From the IMG/VR virus record IMGVR_UViG_3300023184_000128, positions 1 to 61,907 of that record: a DNA stretch of 61,907 nucleotides. One strand, 5' to 3'. Position 1 is the first letter of the stretch, and the number at the start of each line of letters is the position of its first letter. Shown here piece by piece: positions 37,008 to 47,120 of this stretch. Both the position numbers and the translations under genes were made by a program. A model generated the notes under the pieces. It saw nothing but the letters and a program-made list of their open reading frames with translations. It did not search any database and was not told the origin of the DNA. This stretch comes from a virus. Taxonomy: Duplodnaviria; Caudoviricetes.

Positions 37008-38047
37008 TATGCAGTAGCCTTAGGTTGTAATGCTTGATACGTAGCATACGCTCCTAAACCACTACCTAAAGATTGAGCTAAAGGACTCGTTGTTGGAGCC
37101 GTTGCAGCTGTAATTCCTGAAGTTGATTTAGGACCAGCAGCATATACGTTTGATAAAAATTCTACTCTTTGTAGAGGTTCAGTAGCTTTTTGTAATGCAG
37201 ATTGTCTTTCAGCATCTAACGCTTGTTGTGCAAGTTGTCTTTGTAATCCACCCCCAGCCATCAATTGATTAATGTCAGCTTGTGACATAGCTTGTTGTTG
37301 AACTCCAAGTTGTCCTAATTGTTGTCCAGCTTGTAAACCAATTTGTTGTTGTTGTGTAGCTGCTCCTAATGCAGTATTAAATCCAGTTCGTTGTGCTTCT
37401 CCGATTGCTCCGAGTCTTGCTCTTTCTTGTTCAGCTCTTTGTACACCTTCTCTTCCACCACCAAATGCACCTGCTTGAACAGCTTGTCCTGCTAATTGAT
37501 TTTGTGCCATTGCAGCTTGTCTATTAATTTCATCTAATACATAGGATTGATATGGATTATAAAATTGTTGAATGTTTGGACCTTGTTGTGCTTGTAATAT
37601 AGATCCAATACCAGCTTGAGTAGTCGGAGCACCAACACCTGTTGTTGCAGCTTGTCCTAATCCTTGTTGTTCTAATCCTGAAAGTCCAGCAACTCTTACA
37701 TCTGGTACATTTGCATATAATGGTTGTTGTGCAGCACTACGTGCTATATCCATTAATTCAATTTTACGTTCTTCTATTCCTGGAGCTTCTCTTACGAATT
37801 GTGTAGTAGTATCTGGTTGAGAACTTCCTCCACCTCCACCTGATCCTCCTCCACCAAAATATTGTCTTAATCCTGTTTCTTCATTAATAGTACCAGCACC
37901 TCCATACATTTTAAGAATTCTAGATTCAAATTCATTAATATGTGCAAGTTCAGTGTCTCCTTTAATACCTTTACCAGAAATTTCTTTATAAAGATTTTTA
38001 AATAGTTCTACTTTTTCTTTTAATGTAAGGTTCTTTAAATCAATCAT
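37007..38047 (-). CDS. Gln/Gly-rich ejection (pilot) protein
   Basis: GDTELAHIN..GGAGTINE.TGL; F.NPY, GAFGG.R; Q/G-rich. Confidence 0.65.
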   Translation of the reverse strand: MIDLKNLTLKEKVELFKNLYKEISGKGIKGDTELAHINEFESRILKMYGGAGTINEETGLRQYFGGGGSGGGGGSSQPDTTTQFVREAPGIEERKIELMDIARSAAQQPLYANVPDVRVAGLSGLEQQGLGQAATTGVGAPTTQAGIGSILQAQQGPNIQQFYNPYQSYVLDEINRQAAMAQNQLAGQAVQAGAFGGGREGVQRAEQERARLGAIGEAQRTGFNTALGAATQQQQIGLQAGQQLGQLGVQQQAMSQADINQLMAGGGLQRQLAQQALDAERQSALQKATEPLQRVEFLSNVYAAGPKSTSGITAATAPTTSPLAQSLGSGLGAYATYQALQPKATA

Positions 38048-38532
38048 AATGCTTTCTCTAATTGTACATGTGTTTTTACAAAACCCTTATGTTTAAGAAT
38101 TCTTTCCCAACCTGGTCTTGTAAATATTTCCATTTTTTTACATCCTATAGATCTTGCCCAGTTAACTACATTATCCATAAAATCTACCCAACTTCTATAG
38201 TCTGTTCCTGTAGTTATTTTACAATCACAAACTTTGTATTTTGGATACTGTCTTATTTCAGTAACCGTAACACATTTAATCTTTTTATCTTTACCATCAA
38301 ACGCTACCCATAATTGCATAGTTCCTTTTTCTAACCATGCTTTTATATCTTCAGCATCTGCAAAAGCTCCTGCTCTATCACAAGCTTTTTGTATAAGGTT
38401 TTTGACTAATACCCATATACCAGCAACTTCATTTGGTTTAAATACTATTAAGTCTAATTTACTTTTAGTATTTTTGGTATTAATTGGTAATACCGACACA
38501 TTATCAATATGCTGTTGCTTTTCTGCTTGCAT
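38044..38532 (-). CDS. GNAT-fold-like virion assembly protein (P22 gp14/T7 gp13 position)
   Basis: QLW..GC...E...R.GW.R.L..GF. Confidence 0.6.
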   Translation of the reverse strand: MQAEKQQHIDNVSVLPINTKNTKSKLDLIVFKPNEVAGIWVLVKNLIQKACDRAGAFADAEDIKAWLEKGTMQLWVAFDGKDKKIKCVTVTEIRQYPKYKVCDCKITTGTDYRSWVDFMDNVVNWARSIGCKKMEIFTRPGWERILKHKGFVKTHVQLEKAL

Positions 38533-39655
38533 CTAGTAAATCATAAATTCTTTTAAAACGTTTTTGTTGTTCATAAAAGAATTCAGCTCCTAATTTTCTC
38601 ATTTCTTTAGCATTTTTAGGATTAGCCCCTGCTAATATACCAGCTCCTAAAACACCATCTGTTCTTGTAACAAATTCTCCATCTGCTAATTGAGCTAACA
38701 TTGTATCTTCTTCTTTATCTCCATTACCAGCACCATCTTCTACATATCCATTAACTCTCATATAATTATCTTCATTATCTTCATCATGAATAGTTTTTGA
38801 AGGTAAATAATTAATTCCGCCATCTCTAAAATGATTTAAACTAGCAATACCACCTTGTTGTAAAGTAAGTACTTCTCTTTTATATGGTCCAAATTGTTGT
38901 TCTGGACTTGTAATACTTTCTTTAGCTTTTTCTTCTGGTATATAAGCTTGTTGTTCTAATTCTTTTACTTCTCCAGTTTTTGGATCTTGTACATACATTT
39001 TTCTAGATCTATATAGTTCTGGATAATTTACGTTATATGTAAATTGATTTCTTTGATATGGTTCTCTTTCAAAAGCACCTGATAAATAAGTTAATGCAGG
39101 TATACCCACTAAAGCAGCATTACCTAATTTAATTCCTTTATCTTCATCATAAAAAGTTTTTTTAGCTATTCCACCAACTTTATCTAAAAATGATTCTTCT
39201 TTAGTTGGAATATTTGGTGTTGGTGTAACTGCAGGAGTTGCTGCAGATGTTGCTGAAGATAATGTTTCTAATGGTTGAAAACCTAAATTTGTTTGTGCAA
39301 TTCCTGTGTATGGATTAAATCCTGCTGATAATCCAGCTTGTGTTCCACCTTCTAATGCTGCTTGTGTAGCGGCTTGTGTAGCTGCATCAGTAAGTGCTTG
39401 TGTACCTGTATTTTGTAATGCTGCAATTCCTGCTTGATTAGCAAGAGCAGATACTCCAGCTTGAGTTCCACCTTCTATTGCAAGATTAGGAGCCGTGTTC
39501 ATTAAACTTCCAATTCCTTGTCCTAGATTGTATCCGCCGTATGCTCCAAGAGCTGTACCAAATATTCTTCCTAAGCCATTTGCACCAGCTTTTTTAGCAC
39601 TTCTATATCCTTGATATCCCCCATATATGGCGAGGGCAATTGTTAATGGATCCAT
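38504..39655 (-). CDS. Internal virion protein with D..A.L.DGEFV domain
   Basis: G/A-rich N-terminus; LQQGG, FRDGG; EDTMLAQLADGEFV. Confidence 0.6.
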   Translation of the reverse strand: MDPLTIALAIYGGYQGYRSAKKAGANGLGRIFGTALGAYGGYNLGQGIGSLMNTAPNLAIEGGTQAGVSALANQAGIAALQNTGTQALTDAATQAATQAALEGGTQAGLSAGFNPYTGIAQTNLGFQPLETLSSATSAATPAVTPTPNIPTKEESFLDKVGGIAKKTFYDEDKGIKLGNAALVGIPALTYLSGAFEREPYQRNQFTYNVNYPELYRSRKMYVQDPKTGEVKELEQQAYIPEEKAKESITSPEQQFGPYKREVLTLQQGGIASLNHFRDGGINYLPSKTIHDEDNEDNYMRVNGYVEDGAGNGDKEEDTMLAQLADGEFVTRTDGVLGAGILAGANPKNAKEMRKLGAEFFYEQQKRFKRIYDLLDASRKATAY

Positions 39656-39698
39656 ATATAATAAAATAGTTAACTAATTAACCATTTTAACGAATTTA

Positions 39699-40526
39699 TT
39701 AGCTCTTAGCAATATCAGAGCTATTAACTTCTACATCATTATTGATTGTTTTTCCCTCTATTTGTGTAGAGGTTTCTGTCTTTTTGAATTCATCTAAAAG
39801 TCTTCCTGTGTAACTATGTTCTCCATGATGAGATATATATTCATCTACTAATGCATACATTTTAATACCAGCATGTTTACATAATTTACAGAAATAAAAA
39901 TCTTCTCCAGTATATGTTTTATCTTCTTTATTCCAATAAGTGTCAAAGAAGTTATACATATAGTTTCTTTTAACTAATTTACCATCAATCAAAGTATGTT
40001 GATTAATTGTAAATTCTGGATATTCTTTAATTAATTTATTAATTACTTCTTTTTTAATTAACATACATCCAGCAGGTCCTCTTTCTACTTCTATAAAACC
40101 ATTAGTAACTTTAACATTAGATGGATCTGGAACAGCCATTGTATATTGATTACCTAATAATAATGGATCTAAAGTATCTCCAGCTAATATTCTTGCTTTC
40201 ATTTTATTAGAATCCATTCCTTTAATAGGATAAGGAACAAGACAAATTTCTTTGTCAAAATTAATCATTCTTTCAATCATCTTAAAATTAAAAGATATAT
40301 CCGAATCTATAAATAGCATATGTGTACAATCTGATTCCATAAATCCAGATACACATAATTGTCTTCCTTGTGTTACCAAACTACTTTTCATAACTTGGAA
40401 CATTACAGGTATTTTTCTAACAAAACATTCTTTTTGAAATTCAAGACATGCTTTGAAATAATGAATAGATACATCCGAATGAACGGGCGTTGCTACAAAT
40501 ATACGAAACGGTTGTTTATACCCCAT
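39699..40526 (-). CDS. GT-A fold glycosyltransferase-like protein
   Basis: IFVATP, SLV..GR, THMLFIDSDI, GEDFYFC, H.G. Confidence 0.75.
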   Translation of the reverse strand: MGYKQPFRIFVATPVHSDVSIHYFKACLEFQKECFVRKIPVMFQVMKSSLVTQGRQLCVSGFMESDCTHMLFIDSDISFNFKMIERMINFDKEICLVPYPIKGMDSNKMKARILAGDTLDPLLLGNQYTMAVPDPSNVKVTNGFIEVERGPAGCMLIKKEVINKLIKEYPEFTINQHTLIDGKLVKRNYMYNFFDTYWNKEDKTYTGEDFYFCKLCKHAGIKMYALVDEYISHHGEHSYTGRLLDEFKKTETSTQIEGKTINNDVEVNSSDIAKS

Positions 40527-41430
40527 TTAAAAAATTCTCCCAATATGTCTTTATTACATTCCAATGATAAAACTGTCTATAGTATTGTTGTTGAAGTTTC
40601 ATTTTATTTTCATCTGCATTCTTTAACATATCTGGTAATTGATTAATGGTATCTGCAAATTGAGTAGCTAATAACTTTCTACTATTTTGATGAGGAATAT
40701 AAATTGGAAATTCAGCACAAGTTTCATATAAAGCACCGAGGTCCGTGGTCACTACAACAAGGCCCGCTGCTAACGATTCCATAGCCGCTACACAGAAAGT
40801 TTCTTCAAATGTAGATGGATGAACATAACAATCATAAATATGAAGTACTTTCATCAATTCTTTATGATGCAAATAGCCTTTATAATTTACATTTTTTATT
40901 GTTTTTGCTTTATCATACAAAGCCACAAATTTATCATCATTATATTTCTTAAACTGATCTCCATAGATTTGCGTACTTGAATAAATGTCTAATTCAACTT
41001 TATCTGTTTTAATTTGTTCCATCGCATCTAGGAGCACGTCTAATCCACGCCAAGGAGTTGAAGTATAAACTAATTTTATTTTATCTTTTATTTTAAAATC
41101 TTTCTTTATTATTAAATCATCATCAAAACCATTTTTAATAATTAAACATAGTTCTGTAGGAATACTAAAGAAATATCTATATTTTTCATAAGTCCAATGA
41201 GAATTAAATACATACCAATCATATTTACCGTGGTTTAATTTATTTTTAAACCAAGGCATTACATTGGGTTGATCATAACTATTATGTACCCAAAGTATAT
41301 TAGTTTTATCTATAACTATTTTTTCTTTTTCTGGAACAGAAGTTGTTATTTTAGCTTTGTTAAGTAATTCTGGTGATACGTATTTATGTAGATATTCTAC
41401 TTGTATTTCAGTTCCGCCGTATGGATTCAT
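40516..41430 (-). CDS. GT-B (family 4-like) glycosyltransferase
   Basis: GGTE, YTSTPWRGL, PSTFEETFC...ESLAAG. Confidence 0.85.
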   Translation of the reverse strand: MNPYGGTEIQVEYLHKYVSPELLNKAKITTSVPEKEKIVIDKTNILWVHNSYDQPNVMPWFKNKLNHGKYDWYVFNSHWTYEKYRYFFSIPTELCLIIKNGFDDDLIIKKDFKIKDKIKLVYTSTPWRGLDVLLDAMEQIKTDKVELDIYSSTQIYGDQFKKYNDDKFVALYDKAKTIKNVNYKGYLHHKELMKVLHIYDCYVHPSTFEETFCVAAMESLAAGLVVVTTDLGALYETCAEFPIYIPHQNSRKLLATQFADTINQLPDMLKNADENKMKLQQQYYRQFYHWNVIKTYWENFLNGV

Positions 41431-41651
41431 TATTTGGTTTTACCAAATACTGTCAAAGATGCAACTGTTATTTTAAGGTCTTGTTGTAAATCTTCTGCTT
41501 TTGTAGGTGTATTAGGATTTGCTACATCTGCATGGAATTCTTCTAAACTTGAGTAAGTTTGTCCAGTAACTTTATTCTTTATAATTTCTTCAGCTTTTGC
41601 TGGAAGTACAGGAACTTCTTGTCCGTCTATGATTACTGTTTTGTCAGCCAT
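41430..41651 (-). CDS. Hypothetical protein
   Basis: NKVTGQTY..D..NPNT.T. Confidence 0.7.
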   Translation of the reverse strand: MADKTVIIDGQEVPVLPAKAEEIIKNKVTGQTYSSLEEFHADVANPNTPTKAEDLQQDLKITVASLTVFGKTK

Positions 41652-41785
41652 TAATTAAACCCCATTGGACATTTTCTTTTAACTTCTTTATTTTCTACAA
41701 CTTTATTTTTACCAAGTCTGTAACCCATAAAAAATGCAAAAGTTATAAATACTAATACTAGTAATGTATGCCAAATATAAAACAT
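41651..41785 (-). CDS. Membrane micropeptide (44 aa)
   Basis: MFYIWHTLLVLVFITFAFFMGY..KCPMGFN; TAATG coupling. Confidence 0.55.
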   Translation of the reverse strand: MFYIWHTLLVLVFITFAFFMGYRLGKNKVVENKEVKRKCPMGFN

Positions 41786-41803
41786 AAAATTTAATATATA
41801 CTA

Positions 41804-41935
41804 TTAACGTCTACCTTGTCCACGATATTCTTTACGACTATTTCGTTTATTAGGTCGTTTACTATGTCTTCCAGGTCTTTTTTTATTTGTATGTTTAATA
41901 AAAGTACCCGAACCTGATTGTACTTTTCTAGCCAT
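41804..41935 (-). CDS. Small highly basic peptide (43 aa)
   Basis: MARKVQ..KRPGRHSKRPNKRNSRKEYRGQGRR. Confidence 0.65.
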   Translation of the reverse strand: MARKVQSGSGTFIKHTNKKRPGRHSKRPNKRNSRKEYRGQGRR

Positions 41936-42266
41936 TCTGATCGTTTCTATTCATTTCTAATATAGATAATACAGCAGATATAGCTGTTGTATCGCTAGTT
42001 TGCAATAGTATAGAATCACTTTCTTCTAATATAATTGGACCCTCTGCAATATTACAAATAGTAGGTCCTGATATACTTGCATAAGCTATTTGAAAACTTG
42101 TATTTACAGAAGAATCTATAATAGAAGCTTTTAATATTTTAGATCCAGATTCATTTGTTATTTGTATGTTTTGAATGATGGCTCTTGAATTAGAAGGACA
42201 TGCATATACCGTAACCGTATTAGTTGTTGTTGGATCGTAGAATGCATTTTTATAATAATTAGCCAT
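41928..42266 (-). CDS. Virion structural protein (beta-rich)
   Basis: MAN.YKN..VY.CP..ILEESD..S.LE. Confidence 0.6.
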   Translation of the reverse strand: MANYYKNAFYDPTTTNTVTVYACPSNSRAIIQNIQITNESGSKILKASIIDSSVNTSFQIAYASISGPTICNIAEGPIILEESDSILLQTSDTTAISAVLSILEMNRNDQNG

Positions 42267-42270
42267 AATA

Positions 42271-43539
42271 TTATTGTGTTAAATCGTAAAATGATAATGA
42301 TCCTACACCACTTCCTTTAGTAGCTCCAGACACTGTTCTAACTCCTACTGTATAGATATCACTAACACTAGTTAATGAAGATCCTAATTGTAAATCTAAA
42401 TTATATCCAGTTGGAATAGAAGTATTAATAGTACCACCAGATCCTGTACTAGTTACATAATCTTGTTGAACAATTGTACCTGCTGCAGTTATAGCAGTTG
42501 CCGCAACATCATATTCAACACTGGAATCTGAAGATACTGTTGCTGCCCAAGTAGCACCACTTAATGTTGGATTTTTTAATAACACAACTTCATAGTTTTG
42601 AGACGTTAAAGGTAAAAATTGAACTCTATTTGGTATTACAACTGCATTTAATGCAGTAGAAGCTAATCTAATAGATACTATTGGAAAAAATGTAGAAGTC
42701 GTGTCAATGTTTGTAAATTCTGTTGTTCTTATTGCAGTATGATCAATTGATGTTTGTTCAAATCCAGCTTCTGATACGACGGATGAACATATTTGTTTCA
42801 TTGTAGAAGAGGATGCTGTTCCTGCAGTATTTGTTATTTCATATCTAACTGGTAATATTGCTGTAGTCATATAAACAGATGAACCATAAACGTTTGCAGT
42901 ATTATAAGTATGACATACAATGTATTGGCCATTAATAATAAATCCGCATCTTACGGATCCAACACCTAACCATTCAAAATCCATCCATAATATTTGAGGA
43001 TGAGTTAAATCTAAAGTATATCCACTAGGTCCAGTTCCATCTAATTTATCACCATTCCATGAAGATTGTTCAACTCTACGTGATGTATTATCTACAGAAC
43101 CACTAATATAAGTTCTTAAAACAAATGCTTTAGTTCCAGGAGATGCTCCACTTAATTCAAAATAAACTCCGTTTTGAGTTCCAAAATAACCACATCTTTG
43201 TCTTAAACCATCTTTAGTGGTGGCCATTTGAAATGTTCCAAGAAATAATAAACCTTTTCCTGGTTGATAAGGCATACATCTATAAGACTGTCTAACAACT
43301 TCAGCACCAGAAGCGGTTGTATTAATCATAGCAACAGATGCTTCATTAACTAAAAAACTAGTACTTCCTCCAGTTACAGTTGCAGTATCAAATTGATTAT
43401 CTATTGCGTATCTATTTTGTGAGTCAAATAATGTATAAGGTTGAGATACTCTTAATCTTCCAAATGCATCTGTATTTGTTCCATCTATTGCAACATAGAT
43501 TGGATAAGCAGGTCCTGAATTTACATTATCACAACTCAT
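42271..43539 (-). CDS. Tail-associated/receptor-binding structural protein
   Basis: DAFGRLRVS.P.TLFD; YQPGK; D.EWLGVG.VR.G. Confidence 0.65.
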   Translation of the reverse strand: MSCDNVNSGPAYPIYVAIDGTNTDAFGRLRVSQPYTLFDSQNRYAIDNQFDTATVTGGSTSFLVNEASVAMINTTASGAEVVRQSYRCMPYQPGKGLLFLGTFQMATTKDGLRQRCGYFGTQNGVYFELSGASPGTKAFVLRTYISGSVDNTSRRVEQSSWNGDKLDGTGPSGYTLDLTHPQILWMDFEWLGVGSVRCGFIINGQYIVCHTYNTANVYGSSVYMTTAILPVRYEITNTAGTASSSTMKQICSSVVSEAGFEQTSIDHTAIRTTEFTNIDTTSTFFPIVSIRLASTALNAVVIPNRVQFLPLTSQNYEVVLLKNPTLSGATWAATVSSDSSVEYDVAATAITAAGTIVQQDYVTSTGSGGTINTSIPTGYNLDLQLGSSLTSVSDIYTVGVRTVSGATKGSGVGSLSFYDLTQ

Positions 43540-43715
43540 TAGCAGCCAAACCTCATACTAAACCAAGTAAATCTTTCTGAATTTTGTAATTGTTCTTCTA
43601 GATAACTAGTATTAAGTTGTTGTCTAAGCGTAGCCAATGCTTGTAGAACTTGTCTCTGATTATCTGGAGAAAATTGTTCTGTTGGTTCTGGTATAAAATA
43701 ATCAATTTTTGCCAT
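43539..43715 (-). CDS. Small tail protein (start MAKID)
   Basis: PEP..Y/F..NQRQ..QLN follows the tail nozzle gene. Confidence 0.55.
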   Translation of the reverse strand: MAKIDYFIPEPTEQFSPDNQRQVLQALATLRQQLNTSYLEEQLQNSERFTWFSMRFGC

Positions 43716-43716
43716 A

Positions 43717-45672
43717 TTAATTTTGTGGTGAACTTCCACCCATTCCATCTGGTTGGATATCTACTCTAAATATTCCGTATCTCCAGTTATCATTTAAGGC
43801 ACTATTTTCTATTTTAATAGATGCTAATCTTGCTCTAGCACGAGTATCTACCTTATCAGTAGATGTAGTTATTGTAAATGGTCCAATAGAAGTTTCTCCT
43901 TTTGCAGTTGTAGTGTCTGCTGGATATGCTCTTAAATATAATGTTACATTCGCAGATCCTTCTAAATTTTTAAAGTCTGGTATAAATCTTCTAATCTTTA
44001 AGAAGTATTGTCCATCTCCATCTGCATCCAAATCAAAGTCTCCAGATCTAACATAAGCAGATATAGCTAAATTAGTTATATTAGTAGTTGTTAAATTTAA
44101 CACTTCATTTTTACCTTTGTCTTGTGCAAAGTAATAAGAAGCTCCAGCCGATACTCCATTAATAGTTGGTACTGTTGGTGTTGCTGTTGAATCATATTTA
44201 GTTGCATATGGAAATTTAAATACTTTAGAATCTTCCCAAGTGGTTCTAGATAAAGAACCTGTAGTCCAAGTATTATCTGCATAATTAAGAGTGGTTACTC
44301 TATCAATTTGTGTAGATCCTGCTTTTGGATAAAACCAGCTTATTTCAGTAAAGAGTGTATTTAATCCAGCATAAACAATATCTCCTGCTGCAAAATTAAT
44401 GCCTAAATTATCGGTTCCTTTTGTAGTAAATACAAAATCTTCAACTAAAGAATCAACATCTTTAACTGTACCATCATACATATTAAATCCACCAGAATCT
44501 CCCATCCACCAAACTGCTCCGTTGACGAACGCCATAGCATGTTGACCAATGCATCCACAATTAGAACCTACTTTTCTAATACTAAATGTATAAGGAGTTC
44601 CAACGTATTGAATACTATAAGCTGCAGTATCTGTTAAAACTAATATATAATCTTTTGCTCTTACGGCTCCAATAATAGTTGTTCCATCATCTAATCTAAA
44701 TGTACCTGCCGTATTCGTAGATGTTGGTTCATAAACTTCTATATCTTCTTGATCAGAAAATCTTATAAACATTGGATCTTGAGAGGAAGATACTCCAATA
44801 ACTGTTTCTGTTCCTAAATGTAATAGATGTCTATCCCTATCAGATACAATAGTCATAATAGAAGCTGTTGGGTTATTTGGAACTAATGATGCTCTGGTAT
44901 TTACTCCTGTTCCTGCACTTGGATTCCATTTAAATGTATTTCCATTTTTAATGGTAGCTATTAGTAATTCTCCAAAATTATCTAAAGACCAGTTACCAGC
45001 TTCAATAGTTGCATTAGAAGTTGTTCTAGGTGTTCCCCAATAAGATTTTCCCCATGGACCTGCTCCCCAACCATAACCAACTGTAGAAGTTAATGGTCCA
45101 ATAATATAATAAGGACTTATTGCTAAAGTTCCTCCAGCAGTTACTCCTGTACCAGTCTCAGTAACTGGCATTGTAATTGTAAATGTATTTATAGTAGGAG
45201 CAGTCTTAACTTCAAATGCATTTGTTGTAAAATCTGATGATGTAAAACTAGTTGTTGGACTACCAGGTGTTGTTGCAGCTGTAAAAATAAATAATTCGCC
45301 AGGAAGTAAACCATGACTTGATTTGGTTATAGTAACCGTTTTAGATCCTGTTGTAGATGTATAAGTACATGCTGTTAAATTTCTTGAAGTATCTAAAGGT
45401 GTAATATCATATATTGAATCGGCATCATAAACATATAAACACTTATTGGTACCAAGAGCTGCATAACGTCTACCAGTCAAATCAGTCCATGACCATTGAC
45501 ACCTAACTGCTCCTACCATTAATTTATCAGTGAGTTGTTCCCATCCACCTATTTTTTCAGGAGAACCATAACGAAAACGAACATTATCTCCATCAATCCA
45601 TTGGCCTTCAGCTTGTGAAGCCGTTGCTTGTTTGTTAAAGCCTGGCTGTAAAGGTATTTTTTTTAATGGCAT
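43717..45672 (-). CDS. Tail tubular/stabilization (nozzle) protein, P22 gp10-like
   Basis: W.D.DNVRF..PEKIGGW; IRFSDQE; WFYP; WR.G..R.D..PDG. Confidence 0.8.
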   Translation of the reverse strand: MPLKKIPLQPGFNKQATASQAEGQWIDGDNVRFRYGSPEKIGGWEQLTDKLMVGAVRCQWSWTDLTGRRYAALGTNKCLYVYDADSIYDITPLDTSRNLTACTYTSTTGSKTVTITKSSHGLLPGELFIFTAATTPGSPTTSFTSSDFTTNAFEVKTAPTINTFTITMPVTETGTGVTAGGTLAISPYYIIGPLTSTVGYGWGAGPWGKSYWGTPRTTSNATIEAGNWSLDNFGELLIATIKNGNTFKWNPSAGTGVNTRASLVPNNPTASIMTIVSDRDRHLLHLGTETVIGVSSSQDPMFIRFSDQEDIEVYEPTSTNTAGTFRLDDGTTIIGAVRAKDYILVLTDTAAYSIQYVGTPYTFSIRKVGSNCGCIGQHAMAFVNGAVWWMGDSGGFNMYDGTVKDVDSLVEDFVFTTKGTDNLGINFAAGDIVYAGLNTLFTEISWFYPKAGSTQIDRVTTLNYADNTWTTGSLSRTTWEDSKVFKFPYATKYDSTATPTVPTINGVSAGASYYFAQDKGKNEVLNLTTTNITNLAISAYVRSGDFDLDADGDGQYFLKIRRFIPDFKNLEGSANVTLYLRAYPADTTTAKGETSIGPFTITTSTDKVDTRARARLASIKIENSALNDNWRYGIFRVDIQPDGMGGSSPQN

Positions 45673-45774
45673 ATTTATGACTATTATACCACTAATTGAA
45701 TATAGCTAAAAGATTATAGATATTTTTAAAGGCATAAATGTTTTTATACCATATATCTATATAATTAATAATAA

Positions 45775-46362
45775 TTAATAAAATTTAACATTTATTTGTT
45801 TATCTAATGTATGTTCTTTTTGCACTAAATCAAAATCTATATTAAATGATATAATTGTTTTTCTTATATCTGTTAAATTTTTTTGAGAACGATGGATAAA
45901 ATATGAAGGAAAAGTTATTATGTCCCCTTCTTCTACATCAATAGTAAAACATTTATTTAAATCATTTGGAAATAAGAATTCTGTCCTAGGCGAATTTTTA
46001 TTAAATTCTAAATAATATACTCCAGTATAATTAGATCCATGAATATGCCAATTATGAATATCTCCTTTATTGTATTGTTGATACCATAATTCTCTTAATA
46101 AAATTCTATCACAACCAATTATTTTTGAAAAATTATTTAATTGTTCAAAAAAATGATTAATTATTAATTTAACCCAAGGTCTTTCAAAATTTTTTGCTAA
46201 ATCCCAATCTAATTTTGATATATCATCATTCATATTATTTGTATGATCATTTAAACCATTATCTTTAGTTTCATGTATTAATTTTAATAATTGTTCTTTA
46301 AAATTTTCATGATATTTAAATTTTTCTTTTAAAATTAAAGATGGTATTTCAATTTTTTTCAT
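45775..46362 (-). CDS. 2OG-Fe(II) oxygenase-like
   Basis: HNWHIH..GVYY..EGD...FPS...H..R..ISFN. Confidence 0.8.
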   Translation of the reverse strand: MKKIEIPSLILKEKFKYHENFKEQLLKLIHETKDNGLNDHTNNMNDDISKLDWDLAKNFERPWVKLIINHFFEQLNNFSKIIGCDRILLRELWYQQYNKGDIHNWHIHGSNYTGVYYLEFNKNSPRTEFLFPNDLNKCFTIDVEEGDIITFPSYFIHRSQKNLTDIRKTIISFNIDFDLVQKEHTLDKQINVKFY

Positions 46363-46577
46363 TTTCCATTTATTTCAGTATCTTCAAATGTTTCTTTATT
46401 AGATATTTTTTGATTAAATTTTATATTCCAATCTGCAACTATTCTTACAAGATTATTTCCAAAATGCCTTAGATTTTCATCTGATAAATGTAATTTTCCT
46501 TTTTCATTTAATATTTTTATTTCTTCTTTAGAAAATTCTATATCACAAGATCCGTTCTCATATTGTATAAATCTCAT
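46359..46577 (-). CDS. Hypothetical protein
   Basis: ATGA-coupled ORF. Confidence 0.65.
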   Translation of the reverse strand: MRFIQYENGSCDIEFSKEEIKILNEKGKLHLSDENLRHFGNNLVRIVADWNIKFNQKISNKETFEDTEINGK

Positions 46578-47119
46578 TTTTGAACTCCATATGTTAATCT
46601 TTTATCTTTAAACCATTCTTTGTTAAATCCATTCTTATCTACGTAATGTAAAAAAGTTTGTGCATGCCAATCTCCTTTAAATTCTTCTCTCCAGTGTTCA
46701 ACCTCACATCCCAAATATATTGCAGCATCTCCAGGTTCCATGTTTATTTCTTTTCCATCCATATATATTGGCCATTGAGTTCCATCAGAACCAATCATTA
46801 CAGTAACACTTATTTCACAAGAAGATCTATCTTTATGTTTTTTTAAATCTGCAAACATTGTATACATTCTCCAAAAAGCGTAGGTGGGTAATAATTCTAA
46901 ACCAGTTTCTTTTTGCATTAATTCTAATTTATTAACCATTAATGATTCCATCAATGCATCTCCATAGAAAAAAGTATCCCCATTATTATTTTGTCTAAAA
47001 TCAAACGAATCGAAATTAACTCTATGTTTTATTCTACAATAATCATTTAACAATTTAATTTCTTCTTTGGTTAAAAAATTTTTTATTAATTTATATTTAA
47101 AATCTTTTATAGTATTCAT
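46574..47119 (-). CDS. 2OG-Fe(II) oxygenase-like
   Basis: LKKHKDR..CEIS..GD..Y.G...HWR..Q.FLHYV. Confidence 0.8.
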   Translation of the reverse strand: MNTIKDFKYKLIKNFLTKEEIKLLNDYCRIKHRVNFDSFDFRQNNNGDTFFYGDALMESLMVNKLELMQKETGLELLPTYAFWRMYTMFADLKKHKDRSSCEISVTVMIGSDGTQWPIYMDGKEINMEPGDAAIYLGCEVEHWREEFKGDWHAQTFLHYVDKNGFNKEWFKDKRLTYGVQK

Positions 47120-47120
47120 A

